This document shows positions 16,549 through 25,012 of a DNA stretch of 47,718 bases, piece by piece (the first letter of the stretch is position 1; every line of letters begins with the position of its first letter). Source of the DNA: Candidatus Shapirobacteria bacterium (GTDB lineage Bacteria > Patescibacteriota > Microgenomatia > UBA12405). The notes under the pieces were generated by a model. It had not been told where the DNA came from and ran no database searches. It saw only the letters and a list, made by a program, of their open reading frames with translations. The position numbers and the translations under genes are program-made. The DNA lies in NCBI GenBank assembly GCA_017992115.1, contig JAGOPG010000001.1, positions 1 through 47,718 of the forward strand. Direction: 5' to 3'.

Positions 16549-18063
16549 GGGACATTTTTCTCTTATTTCCAATTTTGTTTTCCACTCTGTTTGCCACTCA
16601 TCTTTCACGCAATAATTTTTAAATTGCCCTAACCATTCGTAATATCTAAATCTTATTTCATAAGTAAGGGCAATCATATTTTCATCATCTCTTTCATTTA
16701 TTTCATTAAAATTATCTTTGTTGGCGACATATTCTGGCACTAAATCTAAGCTATAAGATATTCTATCCGGCAAATAGTTATATGTATTTTTTGCCTTCCA
16801 CCAAAATAGGTATTGTTGACTATAATCATAAATTTCTGGAACATAATTATAAGCTCTAAATCCTTTACCATCCATTTTTTTATATATCCACTCAATATTT
16901 TTTTCTAAATTATTTAAATTTTTCGGATCGTCACTTAAAACGTATTTTCGATATTTTTGTTGATCGGATACAGTTAAAATAAATGATCGAAGTAAAAATA
17001 AGAACACTATTAACCAAATAACTTTGTTAATTTTCAGCAAATTACTCAAAAAGAAGCCAATTACAAAAGTCATCCACACCCTCAAAATATCTATATACCA
17101 TTCTTTTAAGGGATAATGGTAAAAAATGATATAGAAAATAAAAGAAAAAAATAATAAGCTAAAAAAATATTTATTTACTTTTTTATATTTTTTAAAAAAT
17201 ATACTTGCAATAAAAGCTAATATTATTAATATCAAACCCCCATAATATGGCAAAGAAAATTGACCCTCAAAAACATTAACAATGCTTTTGAAGTGGGAGG
17301 AAACGCTTGTTAAAAAACTTAATTTATTTTCTAAGACCTGATTACTATTATTGAAAATACCCAAGAACAATTTTGTCATCTGGAATTTATTTTTTATTTC
17401 CAAAAGCAACTGAGGTAAAAACCAAGGAATTACTCCTGTCAAAAAAGCTTTCCAGTATTTAATTTTATTGTTTAATACAACTATTAATACTGAAAAACAT
17501 AGACATATTATTCCAAATGCTGCTTCAAATTGGGTTAATATCGCCGCCGTTAATCCTAGCCAAAAAACTGATTTTTTATCTTTATTTTCTATAAAAAAAT
17601 ATAAAGATAAAAAAAAGAAAACAGATAAATAAACAGCACTATTTGCATTCCAAAAATATCTTGTTGTATCAAATAACCTAGGTGCTAATAAAAAAATAGT
17701 GCTGATTAGAAATCCAGTTGTTATATCTCTTTTCCTAAAAAATAAAAATATACTTACCCCTGAAAATAAAAATAAAATAATATTCCAATTAACCAAAGCT
17801 TGGGGATTGCCGTCTCCTATCCAATAAGCCGGAAGCATTAGATAATAGTAAAAAGGTCCTAACCTGAGGCCGTTTATTGAGGTTGTCGGTCCCATTACCA
17901 TTATGTCTTTAAATTCACCTAAAGTTCTAATATCCAACATGTCTCTAGCCTGATCATAGGTGAAAGGAAAATTTCCTTTTTTTGTTTGTTCAAATCTTAA
18001 CCAACCTGATAACAAAACAATGACCACAAAAACTATTGTTAATATTTTTTCTTTTAGCGACAT
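16528..18063 (-). CDS. polytopic GT-C-type glycosyltransferase-like membrane protein (ArnT/PMT_2-like), paralog of 41318..42742
   Basis: More than 10 hydrophobic helices. The first loop DQARDMLDIRTL...GPTTSINGLRLGPFYYYL is shared with 41318..42742 (DQGRDLIIIRDF...GPQTSIGNMYLGPFYYYL). Confidence 0.65.
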   Translation of the reverse strand: MSLKEKILTIVFVVIVLLSGWLRFEQTKKGNFPFTYDQARDMLDIRTLGEFKDIMVMGPTTSINGLRLGPFYYYLMLPAYWIGDGNPQALVNWNIILFLFSGVSIFLFFRKRDITTGFLISTIFLLAPRLFDTTRYFWNANSAVYLSVFFFLSLYFFIENKDKKSVFWLGLTAAILTQFEAAFGIICLCFSVLIVVLNNKIKYWKAFLTGVIPWFLPQLLLEIKNKFQMTKLFLGIFNNSNQVLENKLSFLTSVSSHFKSIVNVFEGQFSLPYYGGLILIILAFIASIFFKKYKKVNKYFFSLLFFSFIFYIIFYHYPLKEWYIDILRVWMTFVIGFFLSNLLKINKVIWLIVFLFLLRSFILTVSDQQKYRKYVLSDDPKNLNNLEKNIEWIYKKMDGKGFRAYNYVPEIYDYSQQYLFWWKAKNTYNYLPDRISYSLDLVPEYVANKDNFNEINERDDENMIALTYEIRFRYYEWLGQFKNYCVKDEWQTEWKTKLEIREKCPSGKVAP

Positions 18064-18069
18064 TTATCC

Positions 18070-18079
18070 ATTATATAAT
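18070..18079. promoter_or_regulatory. palindromic double -10 element ATTATATAAT serving two divergent, apparently leaderless genes
   Basis: TATAAT 18074-18079 lies 5 nt before ATG 18085 (uvrC). TATAAT 18075->18070 on the other strand lies 6 nt before ATG 18063. The whole intergenic region is only 21 bp. Confidence 0.45.
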
Positions 18080-18084
18080 AGTCA

Positions 18085-19326
18085 ATGATTGATTTTTCCG
18101 TTTTACCTGAATCGCCGGGTGTTTACATTTATCGAAATTCAATGGATGAAATTATTTATGTGGGTAAAGCCATTAACTTAAAAAATAGAATTTCTCAATA
18201 TTTTTTAGGTGATAATGCTTTAGGTCCTAAAACAAAAGTACTCGTTTCCCAGATTTATTCTGTTGAAACGAAAACTGTAAATTCTGAAATTGAGGCACTA
18301 ATTTTAGAAGCTTCACTTATCAAAAAATACCACCCTAAATATAATTCCCTGTTAAAAGATGATCGTTCGTACCTTTATATTTGTATAACCAAAGAAAAAA
18401 TTCCTCGAATTTTTACTGCTCACTCAAGTAATCTCCCTCCAAAAGCAGCTATTTACGGCCCCTTTCCTGATGCTTCTGCAGCTAAATCTCTTTTAAAAAC
18501 AATTCGTAATCTTTTCCCTTATAGAGGTAAAGAAAATCATCCTAAAGTAAAATGCCTTTACTGCCATCTTGGTCTTTGCCCGGGTCCGAATCCTGACCCA
18601 AAAATCTATAACCAAAACATATTAAAAATTAAGAAAATTCTCAACGGGAAAATCACTTCACTTTTAAATATATTGACAAAAGAAATGAAAATTGCTTCAA
18701 AATCCCAAGACTACGAACTAGCCCTAAAAATAAAACGACAAATCGATTCTCTTAATTACATTACCTCTGGATGGCAAAGTCTCAAATCAATGTTTGAAAA
18801 TATTAATCTTCCTGATGATAAAAATTCACAAGCGATTGACGAATTGCAAGCAATATTAAAGCCTTATTTCTCGATAAAAAAAATTAACCGTTTTGAAGTC
18901 TACGATATTTCTCAACTGGGAAATAACTATTTTGTCGGATCGATGGTAGTATGGCAAAATGGTTATATTGATAAAAGTCAATATAAAAAATTTAAAATAA
19001 AAAGTAAACAAATCCCCGACGACCAGTTTATGCTCCGTGAAGTAGTATCGCGAAGACTTCGTCACCACGAATGGGATTTTCCTGACCTAATCGTCGTTGA
19101 TGGGGGCAAACCTCAAGTATCGTCTGTTTCCCAAATTACTAATCTTCCGATAATTGGTTTAGCCAAAAAAGAAGAAACCATTGTGATTAAAGGGAAAACA
19201 AAATGGGTCGACATAATTCTTCCCAAATATTCTAAAGCATTGTTACTATTAGAAAATCTTCGCAATGAGGCTCATCGCTTTGCTAATAGTTATCGAAAAC
19301 AGTTAATCAGTCGCGCATATAAGTAA
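18085..19326 (+). CDS. uvrC: excinuclease ABC subunit C, short form lacking the C-terminal (HhH)2 domain
   Basis: GIY-YIG motif GVYIYRN..IIYVGKAINLKNRISQYF, Cys cluster CLYCHLGLCPGP, UVR motif DYELALKIKRQIDSL, and RNase H-like endonuclease domain FEVYDISQ...VVDGGKPQ...LRNEAHRF. The ORF stops right after this, at 413 aa. Confidence 0.88.
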   Translation: MIDFSVLPESPGVYIYRNSMDEIIYVGKAINLKNRISQYFLGDNALGPKTKVLVSQIYSVETKTVNSEIEALILEASLIKKYHPKYNSLLKDDRSYLYICITKEKIPRIFTAHSSNLPPKAAIYGPFPDASAAKSLLKTIRNLFPYRGKENHPKVKCLYCHLGLCPGPNPDPKIYNQNILKIKKILNGKITSLLNILTKEMKIASKSQDYELALKIKRQIDSLNYITSGWQSLKSMFENINLPDDKNSQAIDELQAILKPYFSIKKINRFEVYDISQLGNNYFVGSMVVWQNGYIDKSQYKKFKIKSKQIPDDQFMLREVVSRRLRHHEWDFPDLIVVDGGKPQVSSVSQITNLPIIGLAKKEETIVIKGKTKWVDIILPKYSKALLLLENLRNEAHRFANSYRKQLISRAYK

Positions 19327-20773
19327 TTCCATTTTCGATGGCAGTCATCTTTCTGATATGCTCTTTAGCCCAACGTGTTTTTACAGCTTCTAACCAATTT
19401 TTTGAAACATTTAATTTGTTATTGGTTAATATCTCAATCTCATCTCCATTGTTCAATACTGTGTCAATTTTACACATTTTATTATTAATCTTGACACCCA
19501 TACATCGGTCACCAATGTTAGTATGAATTCGATAAGCAAAATCTAAAGCAGTCGCTCCTTTTGGTAATTGAATTACATCCCCCTTAGGAGTAAATACATA
19601 AACAAAATTATTTAATACATTGATTTTATAGTTATATGCATTTTTATCATCAATTTTTTGCCATTGAATTAAGTCTTTTAACCATTCAAATCCTTTACCT
19701 CCTTCGTCATTTTGACTCATTTTGTAGGCCACGTGAGAGGCAGGTCCAAATTCATTAAATTCATGCATTTCAAAAGTTCGGATTTGTACTTCGAGCGTAG
19801 TTTTATTTTCAAAATTTAACGTTGTTTGAAGTGATCGGTATCCATTTGGTTTTGGATTGGAAATATAATCGTCAAATTCATCTGTCAGGTACTTATATTT
19901 TGCATGCAATAATCCCAATACGTTATAACAATCAGCTACACTTTTGCACAAAATTCTAATTCCCACTCTATCTTTAACCCTATCCTCACCCTTATTTTTA
20001 ATTTTTAAATAGGTACTATAAAGACTTTTTATTCGGCCTTGAATTTCATAGTTATTAATATTATTTATCTTTAGATTATTTTCGATTTCTGATTTAACCT
20101 TTGCCAAAGCCTTCAATTCAATATTTTTTCTTTCTTCAAGAAAATCTTCCATTTTTTTAGCTTCGGCGGGATAAAGAACCCTAAAAGAGATGTCATCAAA
20201 TTTTCTTTTAAAATAATGCAAACCCACATACTCTGAAATGGGGGAATAAAGACTAGCCACCCTTTTGGCATATGCTATTTGCTTTTCAGTACTGAGCCCG
20301 TCGATTGTCAAGCCATCATGTAATTTATCAGATAATCGAACAATCATTACCCGAACATCATTTAATGAAGAAAATAAGAACCTTCTAAAAAACTCAACAT
20401 TATTTTTTTTAACTTCAATTCCACCAGTTTTTTTTCTAACTTCTGATAACCCTTCCGCCAACAGGGCAGTTTCGTCCCCAAATCTATTAGCTATTTCATC
20501 AACACTTATACCATCTTTTTCAGATACCATCTCGTGTAATAGAGCGACAACTACTGCTTCTTCACCAATTCCTAGCTGGGCAATCAGACTGGCTACCCAC
20601 ACGGGGTGAGAAATAAAATCTTCCCCCGAATCTCTTTTTTTACCTTCATAATATTTTTCCGCCAGTAAATATGCCTCTCGAATTTTTTCTGTTGGCAAGT
20701 TACTTTTTTCCAACCAACCCAACAAAGTCTGCCAATAATCATATCTTTCTCTGTTAACGCTTAAATCAATCAT
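19307..20773 (-). CDS. long RelA/SpoT homologue (HD-like domain, (p)ppGpp synthetase, TGS), C-terminally short
   Basis: HD region SHPVWVA..ALLHEMVSE. Synthetase region GRIKSLYSTYLKIK..DRVGIRIL..DEFDDYISNPKPNGYRSLQT..EVQIRTFEMH. TGS region VFTPKGDVIQLPKGATALDFAYRIH. Start taken at ATG 20773, which overlaps the upstream stop as TAATG; the track start 20827 would overlap the sortase gene. Confidence 0.88.
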   Translation of the reverse strand: MIDLSVNRERYDYWQTLLGWLEKSNLPTEKIREAYLLAEKYYEGKKRDSGEDFISHPVWVASLIAQLGIGEEAVVVALLHEMVSEKDGISVDEIANRFGDETALLAEGLSEVRKKTGGIEVKKNNVEFFRRFLFSSLNDVRVMIVRLSDKLHDGLTIDGLSTEKQIAYAKRVASLYSPISEYVGLHYFKRKFDDISFRVLYPAEAKKMEDFLEERKNIELKALAKVKSEIENNLKINNINNYEIQGRIKSLYSTYLKIKNKGEDRVKDRVGIRILCKSVADCYNVLGLLHAKYKYLTDEFDDYISNPKPNGYRSLQTTLNFENKTTLEVQIRTFEMHEFNEFGPASHVAYKMSQNDEGGKGFEWLKDLIQWQKIDDKNAYNYKINVLNNFVYVFTPKGDVIQLPKGATALDFAYRIHTNIGDRCMGVKINNKMCKIDTVLNNGDEIEILTNNKLNVSKNWLEAVKTRWAKEHIRKMTAIENGITYMRD

Positions 20774-21480
20774 TAAATTAATTCTCCAAAAATTAGTAAG
20801 CGGTTCCAATCTGTACCTATAGGCCAACAGGTTTGTAAAATCAATACTTCTTTTTCTGGGTCACTATATTCTAAGTAACCAATGTCATTAGCTTTAATTA
20901 TTTTTTTATCATATACCGAATAATTTTTGATAGCTCCGTGATAATCGATTTCAATCACATCTCCAATTTCCAGTTTTCCTAGTAAATAAAAAACAGCGTT
21001 ATTACGCACACCACTAATACCCGATTCACTTGAATGAGCAAAAATATATGTTGATTTTCCCTTACCACTTCCTGGTGCCCGAGAAGTGTCTGACTGAGCC
21101 ACTACATTTTCTTTTAAAACTCGATTGTACTCTACCGGATCATAAGGGGAAACATCTTCAACTACTTTTGAGTTAGCCAAAATTTTGGGAATATATATCC
21201 AATACCCTTTATCCACCGGAGTGGGAGTAATGGCTATACTTCCAGTATTTACTACAACGGATTTCTCTATCTCTTGATGTTGGTTATAAGCAGATAATGC
21301 TCTAATTAGGGGTAAATAAAGATACAAACCATAACTAAGAACTGCCAAAAAGATTACATTTGCAAAATAGAACGGTAATCGTTTATTAAGTGGAGGATTA
21401 AAAAAAATAATCCCTTTTTTATTATTTATCCTAACTTTCCGTTTTTTAGGAACAAATCTGAAAAAATTTATGAGGCTCAT
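20773..21480 (-). CDS. sortase family transpeptidase, membrane anchored
   Basis: N-terminal TM helix, catalytic His in YIFAHS, Cys in LILQTCWP (TLxTC-type) and Arg in NRLLIFG. Confidence 0.85.
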   Translation of the reverse strand: MSLINFFRFVPKKRKVRINNKKGIIFFNPPLNKRLPFYFANVIFLAVLSYGLYLYLPLIRALSAYNQHQEIEKSVVVNTGSIAITPTPVDKGYWIYIPKILANSKVVEDVSPYDPVEYNRVLKENVVAQSDTSRAPGSGKGKSTYIFAHSSESGISGVRNNAVFYLLGKLEIGDVIEIDYHGAIKNYSVYDKKIIKANDIGYLEYSDPEKEVLILQTCWPIGTDWNRLLIFGELI

Positions 21481-21516
21481 TTGACAAATTTTACTCTCTA
21501 GTTTAACATAACAACC

Positions 21517-21537
21517 TGTGACCTATATGCGGTCACA
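21517..21537. promoter_or_regulatory. 7-bp inverted repeat TGTGACC-N7-GGTCACA upstream of greA
   Basis: Perfect arms at 21517-21523 and 21531-21537, in the 74-bp divergent sortase/greA region, just upstream of a TATATT -10-like box at 21543-21548. Confidence 0.35.
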
Positions 21538-21554
21538 ATTTTTATATTTGGACT

Positions 21555-22013
21555 ATGAAAAATCAATTAACCAAAGACGGTTTTCAACAGCTCAGTCAAG
21601 AATTAAAAAAATTAACTCAGCGAGCTGACAACCTTATTATTAAAATCGAAGAAGTAGCTCAACCAGATGAATCTGGTGAGGATAGCCTGGCGTCTCAACT
21701 TAAGGCCGAACTAGAGGTTGTCAATTCTAAAATTATAGCCATTGAAGAAGTTTTAGAAAATCATGAAATCATTTCTGAAAACAAAAAAGTTTCCGACAAA
21801 GTTGAAGTTGGAAGTAAGGTAAAAATAAAAATTTCCAATAACGGAGAACGTACTTTTCATATTGTCGATGAATTAGAAGCCGACCCCTCAATCAATAAAA
21901 TATCTCTTTCTTCACCTTTGGGTGTAGCTATGATGGGTAAAAAAATAGGTGATCAGTTTGAAGTTGATGCTCCTGTCGGTAAACTTATCTATAAAATTAT
22001 CGCCATCAACTGA
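21555..22013 (+). CDS. greA: transcription elongation factor GreA
   Basis: Typical size (152 aa). N-terminal coiled coil, and a C-terminal domain with EADPSINKISLSSPLGVAMMGKKIGD. Confidence 0.88.
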   Translation: MKNQLTKDGFQQLSQELKKLTQRADNLIIKIEEVAQPDESGEDSLASQLKAELEVVNSKIIAIEEVLENHEIISENKKVSDKVEVGSKVKIKISNNGERTFHIVDELEADPSINKISLSSPLGVAMMGKKIGDQFEVDAPVGKLIYKIIAIN

Positions 22014-22024
22014 TAAAATAAGTC

Positions 22025-23467
22025 ATGTCTGACTTGATATTACAGCGACAACAAAAACTTTCGCGTTTAAAAGAATTAAAAATTAATCCCTATCCTCAGC
22101 CAGATTTAAGCCGTAAAGATTCAATTGAAAATGCTCGTAATAAAATAAATAAAACTGTCATTGTAGCTGGTCGATTAATGTTGCTTAGAGGCCACGGTAA
22201 AATTCTTTTTTCTGATTTAGTTGATAGAACCGGCAAAATCCAACTTTTTTTTGAAGAGAACACTTTAGGTTCAAAAATGACTTTAGTAAAATTACTGGAC
22301 CTGGGTGACATTATTTCTGTTTTTGGTCAGGTGTTTAAAACACAAGCTGGTGAAATTACCATAAGAGTGGCTAAATTTGAAATTTTAGCCAAAAATTTGC
22401 GTCCTTTACCTGAAAAATGGCATGGTCTAACCGACACCGAAGAACGCTATCGAAAACGTTATGTTGATCTAATCGTCAACCCTCAGAGCCGTCAAGTATT
22501 CATTACTCGAACAAAAATAGTCACCGCCCTACGAGAATTTTTAGATAAAAACGGTTTTATGGAGGTGGAAACTCCGGTTCTTCAGCCTATTTATGGAGGT
22601 GCTTCGGCTAAACCATTTATCACTCATCACAATGAATTAGATCAAGATATGTATTTACGTATTAGCGATGAGCTTTATTTAAAAAGACTAATCGTTGGTG
22701 GTTTCGAAAAGGTTTATGAATTTGCCCGCGATTTTAGAAATGAAAGTGTCTCTCGCTTCCACAATCCTGAGTTCACTCAATTGGAATTTTATTGGGCCTA
22801 CGTAAATTATGATGTTTTAATGAAATTTACAGAGAAACTTTTAACATATGTAGTAAAAAAAGTTACCGGAAAGTTAAGCACAGAATTTCAAGGCAAAAAA
22901 ATTAATTTTAAAACTCCTTTCCAAAGGATTACCTTTAGAGATGCGGTTTTGCAAAAAACAGGCATTGATATCAATAAAATTAAAAGTGAACATGAGCTAA
23001 AAACTGTCCTTAAAAACAAAAAATTACATGTTGATTTTTCCGGGGCTGTTGGTTTAGGCGCCTCATTTGACGCTCTCTACAAAGAACACGTTCGCCCTTA
23101 TTTAACTGGACCAATTTTTTTGACAGATTATCCAGCGGAAATGATTGCTCTAGCAAAAAAGAAATATGATGAACCACAAAAAATTGCATCCTTTCAATTG
23201 TTGATACAAGGCGCTGAGTTGCTTAAGGCTTACAATGAGCTTAATGATCCTGCTGATCAAAAAAGTCGCTGGTTAGAAGAAGAGTCATTGGCCAAAAAAG
23301 GTGCTGAAACTACTATGAAGCTCGATGAAGACTATATTCGAGCTTTAGAATATGGCATGCCTCCTACCGCCGGATGGGGGATGGGTATCGACCGATTAAC
23401 TCAATTTCTTACCGATTCTCCCACCATTAAAGACGTCATACTTTTCCCTTCAATGAGAAATGAATAG
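22025..23467 (+). CDS. lysS: lysine--tRNA ligase (class II)
   Basis: OB anticodon-binding domain VAGRLMLLRGHGKILFSDL, RYRKRYVDL, motif 2 FRNE, and motif 3 GMGIDRL. Confidence 0.95.
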   Translation: MSDLILQRQQKLSRLKELKINPYPQPDLSRKDSIENARNKINKTVIVAGRLMLLRGHGKILFSDLVDRTGKIQLFFEENTLGSKMTLVKLLDLGDIISVFGQVFKTQAGEITIRVAKFEILAKNLRPLPEKWHGLTDTEERYRKRYVDLIVNPQSRQVFITRTKIVTALREFLDKNGFMEVETPVLQPIYGGASAKPFITHHNELDQDMYLRISDELYLKRLIVGGFEKVYEFARDFRNESVSRFHNPEFTQLEFYWAYVNYDVLMKFTEKLLTYVVKKVTGKLSTEFQGKKINFKTPFQRITFRDAVLQKTGIDINKIKSEHELKTVLKNKKLHVDFSGAVGLGASFDALYKEHVRPYLTGPIFLTDYPAEMIALAKKKYDEPQKIASFQLLIQGAELLKAYNELNDPADQKSRWLEEESLAKKGAETTMKLDEDYIRALEYGMPPTAGWGMGIDRLTQFLTDSPTIKDVILFPSMRNE

Positions 23468-23664
23468 TTGCGGAAAATATCCGCTAGAGAAAACTTATAA
23501 GACTTTTTCGTTATAAATTTTACATACGATATTATCCCTAAGCATAGGTTAAATATTTATTTTATTTTTACTTTTATATACATAAAATATCACTTTGATA
23601 TATTTTTATACGGAAAAACTTGCGGAGAAAAAGTTCTCATTTCATGGTAAAATAGCTTCATCTC

Positions 23665-24930
23665 ATGATTGATATTAACTTAATTAGAGACAATCCCAAC
23701 ACTGTTAAGACAGCTCTGTTAAACCGACATAAAGATGTCTCACTTTTAGATATAGTAATAAAATTAGATGGGGCTTACCGCCAAATCTTAGGTAAAGTCG
23801 AAACACTCAGATCTGAACAAAACAAAATAAGTAAAGAAATTAAAGGCAAACCCAGTTCCAAACAACTTCAATCAGCCAAAAAAATAAAAGACCAATTGAA
23901 ATATCTTGAAACAAATCTCAAAGATGCCGAAAAGAAACTAAACTCATTTCTTGAAGAAATTCCAAACATTCCGGCCGAAGATGTCCCAATCGGTAAAGAT
24001 GAAGCCGATAACGTAGTTATAAAAACTGTCGGCCAAAAACCAATTTTTGATTTCCAACCTCTTGATCATCAGGATATAGGTGAAAAATTGGATATTATTG
24101 ATACCGTTAAGGCTTCTGAAATTTCTGGCTCCAGATTTGGTTATTACAAAAATGATTTGGTTATATTAGAAATGTCTCTAATGACCTATGCTGTAAAAAA
24201 GCTCCAGAAGAAAGCTTTTGTTCCCATGCTTCCACCTCTGATGATTAAATCTCAAACAGAATGGGCCTGTGGATACGCCAGCAACAAAAATCTATTTGGT
24301 GCCTATTATTCACTACCTGAAGACGACTTAGTTTTTATCAGTAGTTCTGAACATTCAGTTGTGCCTTATCACATGAATGAAATTCTTAATAAAGATATAT
24401 TTCCCATAAAATACGTTAATTTTTCTCCGTGTTTTCGTCGTGAATCTGGTACCTATGGTAAAGATATGAAAGGCATGCTTCGGGTTCATCATTTCAACAA
24501 AGTAGAAATGAATGTATTCACTCTCCCTGATTACAAAGTTTCTGATGCCATGTGTTTAGAAATGCTCTCCATAGAAGAGGAAATTCTCCAAGAACTTGGT
24601 CTTCACTACCAAGTTATGAAATGCTCTACCGGTGACCTACCTCAACCCAACCGACGTATGTACGACATCAATACTTGGTTTCCCGGTCAAAATGCCTACA
24701 AAGAAACCAGTTCTTGTAGCAACTGCGGTGATTACCAAGCTCGACGCCTTAATACAAAAGTCAAAATCAATAATCAAAATGAATATGTTCACATCCTCAA
24801 CGCCACTGTCGTTAATGATCGTTTAATGCTGGCCTTAGTTGAAAATTTCCAACAGAAAAATGGCAGTGTTCACATTCCTGAGGTACTTTGGCCATACACA
24901 GGCTTCAAAGTCATCTCCCCCAAAAAGTAG
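23665..24930 (+). CDS. serS: serine--tRNA ligase
   Basis: N-terminal coiled-coil arm, class II motif 2 CFRRESG, and motif 3 region NATVVNDRLMLALVENFQ. Confidence 0.95.
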   Translation: MIDINLIRDNPNTVKTALLNRHKDVSLLDIVIKLDGAYRQILGKVETLRSEQNKISKEIKGKPSSKQLQSAKKIKDQLKYLETNLKDAEKKLNSFLEEIPNIPAEDVPIGKDEADNVVIKTVGQKPIFDFQPLDHQDIGEKLDIIDTVKASEISGSRFGYYKNDLVILEMSLMTYAVKKLQKKAFVPMLPPLMIKSQTEWACGYASNKNLFGAYYSLPEDDLVFISSSEHSVVPYHMNEILNKDIFPIKYVNFSPCFRRESGTYGKDMKGMLRVHHFNKVEMNVFTLPDYKVSDAMCLEMLSIEEEILQELGLHYQVMKCSTGDLPQPNRRMYDINTWFPGQNAYKETSSCSNCGDYQARRLNTKVKINNQNEYVHILNATVVNDRLMLALVENFQQKNGSVHIPEVLWPYTGFKVISPKK

Positions 24931-24943
24931 AGGAGCCACCCAT

Positions 24944-24987
24944 CCCGATGGCCGATGAAAATCGTCCATCGGGACAAGGTTTTTTTC
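24944..24987 (+). terminator. intrinsic terminator after serS
   Basis: CCCGATGG (24944-24951) pairs with CCATCGGG (24966-24973). A T7 run follows at 24980-24986. Confidence 0.75.
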
Positions 24988-25012
24988 AAACTTATTAAGC
25001 TATAATATCTTC

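Noticed and set aside
10281-16615. Numerous 60-120-aa ORFs nested inside or antisense to large conserved genes (for example 10433..10738, 10899..11234, 13928..14254, 14259..14618, 25386..25745, 26291..26608, 30058..30453, 43623..44006)
   Set aside because: All lie within strongly supported CDSs and have biased or low-complexity composition with no translation signals. They are expected by chance in long AT-rich ORFs.
23468-23664. 197-bp AT-rich spacer upstream of serS, examined for a T-box riboswitch or small RNA
   Set aside because: There is no T-box consensus, specifier-loop architecture or terminator/antiterminator pair. I saw only a weak 5-bp hairpin after lysS (GCGGA-AAATA-TCCGC) and an extended -10 (TGgTAAAAT, 23645-23653) 11 nt before the serS ATG.
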